Shown in pieces: positions 22,817 to 35,914 of a stretch of DNA of 64,000 nucleotides. The position numbers and the translations under genes are program-made. Position 1 is the first letter of the stretch, and every line of letters begins with the position of its first letter. The notes under the pieces are model-generated. The model saw nothing but the letters and a program-made list of their open reading frames with translations. It was not told the DNA's origin and made no database searches. Source of the DNA: Yuukianura sp. NJ FZ-2021 (Eukaryota); contig CM102290.1 of the NCBI GenBank assembly GCA_046563655.1, positions 2,604,001 to 2,668,000 of the forward strand, read 5' to 3'.

Positions 22817-25800
22817 CTGCTACGTCTCCAGAACCCATGCATGGGTGGGGTGATCTCACCAAATCGGTCTTCTTGTCTCCATATATCAGGTTACGGAGTG
22901 CTTATTGTGTTCCGAGTTCATTGACCTTCTGACAAAAGTTTCTTACTGAATATCAAACGCCAAACAATCCAAATACTAGTAATAGACTTCCACTAAAGAA
23001 AAACACGGCAAAGCTTAGAATACTGGGACAAGTGGAAGAGCAGATTGAAATAAAAATTTCAAAAAATCTAAATAAAAAAGTTAGATTTTTGGACCAATAG
23101 ACAAGGGAGGCAAAAAAATCAAAATCAAAATTTGTTCCTGAGAGAAAGCAGTAAAAGAAAACATTTTCATATTTTTTGAGTACTGGAAAGTTGGGAGCGG
23201 GGTATAACAACTTCTAGCAACAATTTTCAAGTTTTCGAAACTAAAAACGTAAAACTTTCCTATAGTGAAAAGGAAAACGAACCTAATGCTGAAATCCACT
23301 TCTGACATTTGTTGTTTACTCCAAATTCGCCACCATCTTGTTAAACTCTTGAGTATTAATTGAAACATCATTTTGGAAGAATGAATTGGAACAGCAGAAT
23401 TTCTTTTTTAAATCCCTGTTAAAAATGAAGCTAATGGACCTACAATACGAGTACCTAAACGACACTAATTTTGAGGAGTGTTTTAGAAAATGTAGAAATA
23501 AAAAACTTTCATATTCAAACTGTGACAAATAAGGGTAGATTCATCATCACTAATAACTTTGGAATTGATTCTCTTAAAAACCACAATTTGTACTTATTTC
23601 AAAATTTTAGCAAACTAAAATTCCTCCCTAACCAAACGTTTGTTTCTTTCTCAACGTTATTCCTTCAAAAGTTACCTAAGAACGTGGTGGGGGTGGTAGA
23701 TAAGTACTGAATTTCCAAAAGGTCAACAGTTGGTGGGGCTTTTGAGGGTGGGTTGGTGGCACCAAAAAATAGAACAGCAGTTATAGCACATATTTAGTTC
23801 GAAATTCTTTGTGATGTGTCATTGGCCTGCGGCGTTTCAAATTAAATAGTCACTTTTGTAATGGTGGCTAAAACATAAGCATGTATTGCTGTGAACGACG
23901 TGCTGCAACCTAAAATTAAATGTCAGAAAAAAAACTATAGAAAGTTTACCACCAAACCTAAATTTGTGTACACTACCTTGTCAATTACTGGTTTAAAACA
24001 AATGTAGAAATTTAGAGCAAATGTTTAGTCTTACTCTCTTTATACAAATTTTGGTTTTAGAAGAGAAGAGAGAACTTTTTTCACAATGAACCAAAAAGTG
24101 TTTTAAAAAAATATTTAATTTTGAAGTAAGCTCCCCTGCATTTCTGATCACATCGTATAAAACAAAAGCTGAACAAAAAATTTGGGTGATGGAGTTGATG
24201 ACTTTGAACGATTTCAGGAGTTTAGCAGAGTAACTAGAGCAGGAAAAGCGAAGAAAGCATCAGGAGAAAGCATAGTTTTGAAGACAAAAGTTCTTTCTAA
24301 ACTTGTTGAGATTGCAATGAGATATAAAGGAACATTCCGAATTCTTAATTAAAACTATAAGTTAACTTCACACTATGTAGCTACATTATTATTATGATTA
24401 TTATTATTATTCGTATTATTAGTTAGTTTATAGAAACATGTATTTAGTAAGGTTTTGAAATTTTATCCCCCATAAACCTTTGAAACCCCTCCAGAAAAAA
24501 AAACAATCAATTTATTCGTCCTTTACGTCCGACACGCTACGCAATTGACAAGACGGTGCAATTGCTCTGTAATTCTTTACTGTTAAACCTAAGATTTTGA
24601 TTACTACTTACCAAATAGAAAGGTTAACATTAACACCTTTGGGTCAGGCACACTTTGTAAATCTACTCTGTATAACCAAAACTTAAAAACGACAACGGTC
24701 TAATCATATTACTAACATCAACACACAAGTTCTAACTAAACTGGTGCTCCCAAAAAAATTAAATTGTCGCTCATGCGCATGCGCTTTAATAACCGTCTAA
24801 TTTCGACCACTCATTGTGATCACTGTGAATTGAAGGCCCTTTACTCAAGGCTTCTTTTAGTACATCGAGTTACATCAGAATCTGATTCCTGGTCGTTGAC
24901 CTTGAGCTCATTTGCATCGGCGCAAACGCACTGTTAACAACTTATCAAGGAAAATTCAATTTTGTTTACTCTGGAGCAGTTTTGAACACTTTTTTTTTAA
25001 TTTATCCTCCACAACCCATTGAGACGCGGAGACTTGAACACTTATATGCATTCCAGACAATTATTGTATAACTACCACAAAAATCGAGGTCAAGTTCAAC
25101 TACCGATCCGTTTACTACAAGGTTATGATTGACCTAACCTAAATATTTTCATTTGCATAGACCGTCCTATCTAGCAAGATCATGAGCAGTAAACAACGTT
25201 TTCTCATTACCAAACTTTCCCGGGTTCGTTTTTTTTGCTCCGCTAGAACTAATATTAGTATCATACGAGGGAAATTTTGAATTTGGCAGTTGAAGGTCGC
25301 GTTCCAAGCGTCTGGAAGTAAATTGAAGAAGGGATTTTGGGCAAAAGGAGCATTCAAATCCAGACTTTCCAAAAGTCTAAACTTCTTGTGTTGTAGTATT
25401 CCAGCATTTGAAGATCCACTCAACGTCAAGCTCCTGGAACGGATATGAACTGGAACTCAAATCCTGGTTTTTGCATTTATTTTGTCCGTTGGTTCTGTAA
25501 TTTCAAATTTCCTCAAACAGAAAGCCTGTGCATAAATATATTCAGTTATTCATTTCAAAAACATGTCATTATTTTTTGAAACTGTATCGGAAGCACGTTC
25601 AATTCCACCCTGACCTTACAAAACTCCAAAACAGCTTTACAATTGTTAAAAAGTAAAATTTCGTTACTGCTAATTTTCAAAAGGAAAATGAGGAATTGAT
25701 ATCCAGAGAGAAAAATTTTTCTGAGCCGAAGTTACAAAATTTGAAAAAAATGAAAAAAAAACACAAATTTTCATTTTGGTTGGATGAATCCTGTGTTTCA

Positions 25801-27767
25801 GTCCTTTCAATTTAAAAGTCCTTCTCAACTTCCTAAAACTTCCAGAAATTGGAAAACCCTGAAAAATTAAAATGGGGAAGTAAAAAAGAAAGAAAAATAT
25901 CGTTGTAAACTTAATTAAATTTAAACTTCAGAAAAATAATAAACTTCTGTGAGTGTTTAACTCTAGTCACTTAACAAGGGAAATACAAATATGAATCATT
26001 TCTGTCTTGACTGAACGTTGTTTTGTGATGTTGACCTTGAGGTCAATTGTGGTGTCGAGTCACTCGCATGTCAAGTTTCAGTTTGATCGGAACTAACTCA
26101 TGTTTGTATTTTTCTTGTAAGTTAAGTTAAATTATAATTAAGGAAAGTATAATATATATCACATCCAACATTTGTCATAATATCTCTCTTGTACATTCTA
26201 ATCTGTTGATATTGAGGAATTAAACTCGAACTACAAAATTCAATATTCAACAAGTGTAATTTTGTTGACTCTGCTTTCACTTTTTCCGAAAAAGCACAAA
26301 AATTTTTTTTTGTAGCGTTACAGCATAAAAGTTACAATTCTCAAAATTAAAAAAAGAAGAAATACTCAGAACAAGATTATTTGGTGACGTAAGATTGAAA
26401 AGTGGTCATAAGTTCTAAAGGCCACGTCGACTTTGTCCAAAATCCAACAAATAATAAGCTAAACACTGAAAAAGTAGAGCAGCTTCTGTCAGTTTCCTAT
26501 TTGTCTTTTCTTTTGTTACAAACAGGAACCTTCAAACTGAAAAATCGCGTCGCCTTTTAACAAAGAGTTGGATTTTTTCGTCTTCTGGACAAATCGAAAA
26601 GACTTTTGAGAAGGAGTTGGTAATCCTCTGTAAAACGTAATAAGAACAATACGTTAACGTCATCACCAACAAACCACACAGTAGTAGACAGTAAGCGGGG
26701 ATGTTGCATTTTTAAAAACCTTTTCTCCATTTTCCCAATTCTTTCAAATCTGGGCATGTTTAAGTCATGGTTCTCCAGAAGAGAAAACTTTTATCCTCCT
26801 TTTCTTCGGTCCCTGGGCCTAGGCCAAAAGGAATTGACAGAAAGTTGGTTGGATTTGGAAATGCTCGTTTGGTTCTGGAAGAGCCAAAAACGAAAAGCTG
26901 GAGTTAGTAACGCTGGAGAGATGGGGGAGCAAGTGGGTCGTTGACGCAAGGGTTCAAGATTGAATTTGGCGGCCTATGAATAACGGAGTGAGAAGGCAGC
27001 TTCTGGTTAGTAGCAGCCTCTGATTCTGTCGGTTGTAAACCCATGGTTTTTTGGAAGAAAGTGACAGGACACGGAATTCAAGTCAGAAGGAATCTGAGGC
27101 CACTGCGCAGACAAGAAAGGTTTGCATTTTCCATTTCGACTGAACTAAACAGTCAGAGATTCGATGGAGGCAAAGGAAGGATGTGTCTGTGATCAATACA
27201 AAAGATGACATCAAAGGATCCTGTCACTCCCTTCAAACAAAAAAAAAACAATTCCAGAAACGTTTTTTCACTACAGTACTAAATATTTTTATTTATTTTA
27301 TTCTATACTTTGGCACACAAAATTTGCAAAAATACAAGTCCGGACATAAACATCGGTCGGTATTACTTTATTCTTATGCTGATGTATTTTGCATGAAAAA
27401 ATTTTTTTTTGGCAATCCCAGAGTACTAGTCATTCCGTGAGAAACTGCTACACAAAATCTCACGACTTTCTTTTTTGTCAATTCCAGAAAGCTCAAGCTC
27501 CAATAACTTTCAAAGAATTTCTTTGGGGTTTTCCCGATGCCAAAATTTGAATAAATTTGAAAATTTTGAAAAAAAAAAGGAAAAACCACGGACGTAAAAT
27601 TTTGGCAAGGAACTGGTGCGGCCACTTTTCAGTGAAAATATAAATGTCAACGCAGAATCCCTTGCAGTTGATCTCTTCACTTTCAATTTTGATTTCGCAT
27701 CGATCACTTTTCCACTTTCTCCGAATCCACTTTCACCGTCCATTTCACTTCCTTTGGCAATATACTT

Positions 27768-27860
27768 TGTACAAAAAGTGTCCAAGAGCATCAAAGGTGT
27801 TCAAAGAGTACACAGGAGCATCAAAGGTGTGCAAAAAGTGTAAAGGAGCATCAGAGGCGT
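27768..27860. repeat. Minisatellite, three diverged 30-bp units
   Basis: TGTACAAAAAGTGTCCAAGAGCATCAAAGG / TGTTCAAAGAGTACACAGGAGCATCAAAGG / TGTGCAAAAAGTGTAAAGGAGCATCAGAGG. Confidence 0.85.
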
Positions 27861-30800
27861 CCGAAATAGTCATTCCTCTTTTAAAAAAAGATCCGTTCAA
27901 ACAGTTAATGGTTATTTTTAAACCTGAAAATGGGTTCTGAGATTAAAATTGAATTTCTTCAAAATAGTTTTAAAAGTAATTAAATTGAAATTAAAATGAA
28001 ATTAAAATATGGAAGGAGCTTGAGAAGATGAATACGTTTTTACAATTGGATGACCTTTGAGGGAGAAAAGTGGGAGCTCGGAACGTCAGTTGTAAGTTGT
28101 CAGTGAGAACCTAGTGTTAAGCCGTCCGTTCATTTTATTTAGGTTAACGAGTCGGAGAGTTATGCCAAGGCCTGACTTTCTCCACCGCTTGTCGTGTTGG
28201 TTGTCTATGAGAGAGCAGCGAATTCCCGTCGTTTCATGGAACTCTCGTCTGTGTGAGAAGTGGGATGTTAAATAATTCATTTGATTCGGTTGGAAGCATT
28301 GACGTCCTTCGTCGACTTTTCCAAAAAGTCTCTTCTTCCTTCGAAATGGACCACAAAATTTTAACACAAATGAGCCCAAAGACGTATTCCCGTTGCTCCA
28401 ATTCCACACAAAACAGCAGTTAACTTAATTTGACAAACATAGATTTTCATATTTTGAATAATAGTAAACTTATTTTTCACATACTAAACCTAAAATTTCA
28501 AGCCTAATCTAAAATAATTCACAATGGGGAGAGGAAAAACTTTCTTTTTGTCACAAAATCCATTTTTGCTAACAATTGAAAAATTGATTTTAAAATCGTT
28601 TTTCATAAGATGAAATTTAAATCGGTTCCATTAATTACAAAAGTGATTCCCCTCCCTTATTCTTTAGCTCTACATGAACAGGAGGGAGGATGAGGGGAGG
28701 GGGGACTTGAGACGCTAAAGTTAAGGACAGTCATGCCAGACCTGTACGGGTTATTATTAATGACTCATGAAAAACCTAAGTCGTTTCTCTGTCGGCCAAC
28801 ATTAGTCACAGCTGCGGGGGCCTTAACTTTCTCTTCTTTTCTTTTCGATTAATTTTTATAGAAAAAGAACTGCGTGAAGCATGGACTCACAATCTTCACT
28901 TGGGCCTTGAAGTCCTCCTTTGAACAGTTTTAGACATGTCACTGTAGAAAAACACACAGAGACCTCGGTGACCTTTGGCAGATAAGAAGGGAAGAACAAG
29001 TTCGAAATTGGACTCAGCTTGGCAAAACTTGTGTGAAACCCAAATTTTAATATTGCACAAAAATTATGAAAAGGGAAAAAATTAGACTAAAAAAGAGAGA
29101 GGCAGACTGGGAACAGAGAGAAAGTAGGCTAGAAATGGGAAGTCATTAATTATTCTGTCAGTTCAATTTCCACGTTTCTTCCGTCCAGGAACTTGGGCCC
29201 ATAAGGCTACAAAAAAAACCGAAAACGGAATTAGAAACGGACGCTGGTGCTGTTGCGTTCCTTTTAGTAACACTAACATGCGTGCCCATGCGACTCAACG
29301 CTTTTCTTCCAGTGAACCAGTGACCGACGTTCGACTAAAAACTGCCGTTTTTTTACTTCCGACTCTATTGCATTTGTAGTTCTTTTCACCTGCGACCAAG
29401 AAATCCACAACCAATTCGCCATTAGGCACAAAAACAACATTTTTTTGATTTTCATTTTTTGAACGTAAAACCCCTTCTACTTCATTTCCGCCCTGGCGTT
29501 TATGCTTATACTTTCACTGCTGCACTTCTGCAAAGAAAGTCAAGCTATAAGAAAAGAAATAATTCTCGTTAAATAATTTCCTAATAAAATACAAAGCTTT
29601 CCTCTCAGTCGTAATTCTTAGATTAATATTCGACATAACGTAAAGAGTTTTGGAAGAAATCGATCCTTCTAAGTCAAAACTTTTAGTATTTGCCAGCAGA
29701 ATTGACATTTGAGTGACCACTAACTATAGGAGGTAGTAAACTGGAAAGTTTTGAAATTTGAACACAAAATCTCGCTTATGAATTCAAAACCACGTGCCAG
29801 TGAGTAGTATTACCCAACCACAATATCTACTAAAATGAAACTCCCACTAACATGAAGAAGTGTGGGCCCGCATAGCACCGTCAGAAATCCGAGCAAGTCA
29901 GAATCTTTTCTACACCTCCCATTCTAACTTTATGTTTAAAGCATCTATTTAATAAACTAAAAAAAACGTTGAAAATTATTCTTTTTCAAAAAGAACAAAC
30001 CTGGTTCAATTACTTTGACGAGTTGGATAACAAGTTTTTCCGCGGCTCCTTTTCAAACCAAATGGTAGACGCTGACGTTGAAATGGCATAAAAGTTGAGC
30101 TGAAAATATTTTGAAAAGAACTTGGACGTTAGAGTCAAAATGTCACTCAACTCGGCTGAAAATGAGAGAGGGACGTGAGAAAATAGGACTAAACTTTAAA
30201 AGTTGAATAGAAGTCCATAGAGACTTGGCAGGAAACAATGGAGTAGGTTAGCCTAAATTTGGCCAACTTCCGTCTTCAAGTTTATTGATTGAACTTGAAG
30301 CGTTAGACATAAAAGTCGTGTGAATGTGTGGAAAAAGGAGCCTAGCCTAACTGCGTACATATGGACAGTTCTTGTCTCTGGGTTATTATTTATCCAACCC
30401 AAGATTCTGTTTTTACGGCTTTACTCAACCGATTTTCTTGTTGGAAAATACTGGTGGTGCTGTTGGGAAAATCGCTTGAGATGTGGAGCGTTTGTTCCAG
30501 CGACTTGAGAAACCGAGAGATGAGCCATAAAATTAGATCGCTCTCGAACTTTCTTCCTGGAACTTAAAACACGTCCAACAAATCAGTGAAAAGGAGCAGG
30601 CGAAAACGAATCCTGGAGCGTTCAAATCTAGTTCCAGTCCATTGGGATCCTAGTCCATCTTTTCTTATTTCCTCAACGGAGATTACTTACGCTGAAATAA
30701 CATACTCTCAATTCCTTCAAGAATCGAATCAAAACCAGGTAACAGATCACTTTTAATTTAGCACTTTTTTCGTATTTTGTTCACGATGGTCAACGCCTTG

Positions 30801-33800
30801 TTCAGAAGCAGGAAACGCTGGAAAAAAAATTTGCAACCTTTGGTGAAAAAAGAAAACGTTTTTTATTTCGAGAAATTATACTCTCTGCCCTTGATTTTCT
30901 CAGACCACAACTTTTTTGGCGAAAGTTTCAAATTTGAGAAAGTGTATGACTCCATTTTGAAAAATCCAAAAGTATAGAATCAAAGCCTCAAAGTTCTAGA
31001 AAACCATAACGAGACAAAATGGCTACTCCAAGTAGGATTGGATGGGAGATAAAAAAAGACTTTTCCTAGTCAAATATTATGACTGTCCCACCATATTGAA
31101 TTGCCTTTCAAGTCCAAGTAACTTCTGCATCTCAAATAAATGTTCCCGCTTTATTTTACGAGTCTTGGCCATTAAACGTGATCATGAGTCAGTCACCAAC
31201 CAATGGAACACAAGCCACAAAAGTCAAAGGGGCTTTAGGCCCTTAAGCGCATTTCCGACCAAAAATGACTTCGAATCGTAACCGTAGTCACTCGCTACTC
31301 CCATTATCAACAACTGCAAAATTATTCTTCCAGCACATACTGCGACTGTCTTTGCAACTGCGCATTAAATTCTCTGAGTGCTAAGAATTCAGCAAAATTG
31401 AAATCGGTTTTGTACAAATGTATTCCTGGAGAAGGTAATTCATTGTGCTTCCGATGCCGCACGAGGTTATCTATAGAAGTCTTTAAAATAATTACACTTG
31501 AGCAACACAAGAAATGAAAAGTAAAAGTCTCAAATTGGTAGCATACTACTGCTAAAATAAAAAAAGTAGCTGTAATTAGCTTAATTAATTACAAATCCTT
31601 AGCACTCTAGAAAGTGAAAACTAGGTTAATTTAATTGCACCTCAATCCGTCAAAGTGATAGAGTGGGCGTGGAGATAGCACAATTTAAGCTACTGTTTTC
31701 AAACTTTCCAGCAGCAAAACACCAAAAGTGCCTATGACGATGAGCAGGAAGCGGAAGTCTTTAATGTTAGGTTATTAGTCTATGTTAACCTAATGGGCTA
31801 GGGTGCTGAAAAGGCCTTTGTTTTCACTTTTGTTGATGATGTAGTATACACAAAGTCTTAAGGGACAAAATGAGTCCTTCCTTTGAGATTTGTAATTAAC
31901 TACAAATTTCAAAGGAGTAGAGAACAAAAGAGAGCAAGCCAAAAACAATTAGGTGACAAGAAACTTGTTTTTGACTTTTTCGTAACCTGTTTTCGCCCGT
32001 GACAAAAAAAAAGTTGTGGAGACGCCATTGGTTTTGAAGTTTTTTTTTTCTGCGAAGACTTTAACTAAAAGACCTACCCGTTTATTTTTGAAAGTTATTT
32101 AAATTTTCCAAAATTGCAGTGAAAAGTTGAATGGAGAGCATAAATTGGTGTTGGTTAAATAACTCCAGTTCTTTAGCCTGCCGAAGGGGAATAAATCCAA
32201 TAAAGGTAAAAGGTTAATAATGCGGTGGGCAAGGGAAAGAACGTTTCTCGGAATGAAGGTAGACGTTTATTGCAAATTTGGACTAATGATGACTGACAGC
32301 GGCAGTGCCAAAGCGAACAGAGTTTTCTACGGTAAAACGTAACCATTCCTTTACTTGTTTCACCAGTAGAACTCTAAAATTTATAGTCTCTGCAGCTAGG
32401 AAACGGAAAACCGAACCAAAGGAAACGCCGACCGAAACTTCGAACTTTCTATTTTTAGTATTCCGGACCTAACCCATCTCTTCGCTTCCGTTTTCTTGGT
32501 CAAATTCTGAATATTAAAATTGGTTAGTGCTGAAGTGGGAGGACTCGTTTGGGAAGGCGGAAGGGCAGAGGTGATGCATTTTAGCAGTTAGCAATACCCG
32601 CGTAGTAGTTTTTAGTACTAGGAGTGTATGGTTAACCTTCAGGGTATGAGACACTGACAACGGCTCTCAGGACACCCATTTCTAACAGTTGAATACGTTT
32701 CTCCAGAGAGTAATTAGTCAACAATGGAGTCAAATTAGCAAGAAAATTGGAAATTCTTCTTACTTTGAACATAAACCCAACGGACATGGCGGAAAAAAGG
32801 TTCCACAAAAGTAGAATAACTGAAGCAGTAAAGAACTGATCACAATGAAACCTATTTTAAACTACCCTTAATTCAAAATTCAAAAATTTCATAAATTCCA
32901 ACAACTCAAAATACACAGGACCATAACATGATGGAATTTGTACAGAAATTTATAACCTCCCTTGGGCTGCGCACAACGGCAACCGATAGTTTAATACTTT
33001 TCTCTTAGTAACTATTCCAGAAGAAGCGCTTGGGTGAAAGTTTTAGAGTGTCTAAAAAGTAAAGTTGAAGTTCCAGAATGAATAAGTTGGGAAAAGGCAA
33101 TTAAAGCTGGAAAGGATTTAGGTGGAAACGATTTTGGCTGCTGAAATGAACTTGAGAAAAACTAAACAAGATTCGGCGTTGAAAAGCCTTTGATCAAAGC
33201 CGTCTGTGGGTAGAAAGTTCATAGACTTTTAGACCAGTCCTTTCACTTTCAACGCTTCTCCCTTCCTAAATACTAGCAACTACTGCAGACTAGCCACTTT
33301 TGTAGCTTACACCTAAGCTTCCAAGAAACTGGAAAGTTAATTTGAAGGGCTCTCAAGTCCCTGGTTGGGTCGTAGAAACTAGGAACGGTAGATGGCTAAT
33401 TAAAATCAAAACTCTCCTTCCCAGCTACTTATTTATTGCACTTCTGCCTCACCCAAGAACTTTCTCTCTCTCTCTTTTCCACAAAATCAATTTCTGCAAC
33501 TTCACAAAATTTGGCACAAATTCCTTTCCGCTTTCTCCGCAGTGTCTATACTCAGTTCTTATCTTTATTTAGTCTGTTTCTTTGAAACAAAAATTATCAG
33601 TTCGTAGGCAACAAATTCAAGTTTTGACGTTCAAGAAATTCAATTAAAAGGGCTTCTAGCATTCGAAGTCTGTTCAGAAAGTTATTTTACTTGTAATTTT
33701 TTCTTGATTTTTTGTACAGGAAAGGTTCACTAGAGCAAGAAACTTGGCAAATATTTTCCATTTCCAAATTGTCCAGAATGGACTGCTGCTGAACTGTTTT

Positions 33801-35914
33801 TGTCTTAGGAAGGAATGCTTTTTGTCAAAATGAACTTTGGGAAAGAGACAAATAAGAAATTCTTGTCCCGAATTTTGTGTCTCTCGCGGTAAGAGACGAC
33901 ATGACAATGACTAATTATTTCTAGTTTCCTTGCTGTACCGTTGGAAAGTAGAACAAGCGAGAGAAAATTCAAACAATTTTTTCTCTTTCTTAACTCAATG
34001 TAAAACGCTTGGATGAAATCCGTATATGGCTGGTACCAGTCATTTTCAAAAGAAAAAAAAGAGAAAGCGGGGAAATTAAAAAAAATTAATCAAATTCAAA
34101 ATGGATTAATTATTCATGAGAGCGAAAACATTTAAGATGCTAGTAGACGATTTTAATTTAAGAAAAAATTAGACTGAAAAGCAGAAATGAAGCTGAGTAT
34201 TTCTTGAACCTGACGAGACTCTTATTAGTTCTTTTAGGCTGGCCAAAACCAATCCACCTTTGCGTTTTGCGAACGTAATTGTTGACATAACCTGATCAAG
34301 AAGTTAAGTTAACCAAACTTTAACATTGTTAGTGAAAATGGAAATTGAAGAAAGAAAAGGCTTCCTTCCGCTTTCTCTTTTCTTTTTGAGGTCAAGGTAA
34401 ATTTTGGCTGTACGTGAAAACACGAGATTAGAATCTGGAGGTATAAATTAAGTCAACCGTAGCAGAACACTTTTCTTTTGCAAAAACTCAGTTATTTTGT
34501 TCTCTAACATTGTTAATGGTTTTCAAAATGATTTTAAAAATCAAGCAGTGCTGAGGCCCCATTTTCTGTCAAAATCAACCCAGAAAGTGGACGAAATTGA
34601 TGAGGAGGCGGAGAAAGTCTTTCAATTCTTTCTGATACAAAAGTTCCTCCCTGTGCCTTTTCTTCTCCAACAAATAACCTTAACTTTTTTTCACCAAGAA
34701 GCCAGGTTACTCAACAAAAATATTGTTGTTTAATTTTTTAAGTGTTTATAAGGAAAGTCGGAGAACAATGGACGTATTTTTTGTCTATATTTAAACACTT
34801 CTGTTTATTCACATTTGATTCTCAACTGTTTTTGTTATGTCAGATTTTGGGTTAGCCCAATTATGTTTATGTTTAAGTTGTAACGTTATCACGAGGTTTT
34901 GGAGAAAGTGGGAGAGTTCTATTCTTGCCTCCTGTTATATGACTTCGGCCTTATCAAATTCCAGCAACAGCTCAAGCCGTTCAAACGCTTCCAGCGAAAT
35001 TTGAAAAGTCTCTTCGACTATACGCGGCTCCAGTCAGATTTTCCTGGAAACTGGAGCACTGGAATGACGAAACACGAGCCGTGTGACGCACTGAACTAAA
35101 TGCGAACAAAAGAAAGGCTGATCCTACGTCCACTTCAGTAGTTCATATCAAATCCAACGGCAGCAGACGGGTATTGCTGTGCGCGGTGTCGAATTCATCA
35201 AGTTTCACGGTACAAAAAATTAAGGCCCGGGATTCGTAAAAACTCTTTTTGAAAAGATCAAAGAAATTTGATAAAGGAATAAATAATGGTCCTTAAAATG
35301 AGAACAAAGGCAAAGGAGGTTGTGTAAGCGCAAATTCCAGAAATAATGAAAAAAAAAACAATTGGATTTTATTTTTAGAAGAAAATTTTACCAGCTTAAC
35401 TATAGTTGCTCATTTATTCCCAAAATCCAAAGTTTGAATTGATTTTTATTTTGCGGTTGTATTGAAAATGCGATCACAATTTCTAGACTTTTTGAAACCA
35501 AAATAACTTTTACAAATTTTGTGTTCCATTTACAATTTTTCTAGTCAAAAATAACTAGAGTTGAATTCTAGAGGATCAAGTAACTAGAGTTTTAAGTACG
35601 TTTATGTAACTCTAATTGTGTAACCTAAAAAGTAATGGAATAAGAACAGAAAAACAAAACTAGATTTTTCTAGGCAAAGGACTACAATGTTCATGGTGGT
35701 AAGTTACTGGAATAATTTGTAACCTAAATTGAACTGAATTTAGTTTAGGCAAAATTTATTTCGGAGGGTTTAGATATGGCTAAGTACAATTCCTCTCGTG
35801 CTTGAAATGTAAAACATTTTGTTTGTGTTCCTTCCACGTTAACCTTGGAAGTTTCGCGCCTCTAAAAGGTACTCTTTTCTCTGATTATTTTTAAAATTTG
35901 AAGACTTCTAGTTA

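Noticed and set aside
27768..27860. CRISPR-like array
   Set aside because: Contiguous diverged tandem units without unique spacers, no cas genes, eukaryotic context.
34899..35099. GC-richer segment and 66-aa ORF downstream of TTC39
   Set aside because: All frames close quickly, no homology recognised, and TTC39 is already complete.
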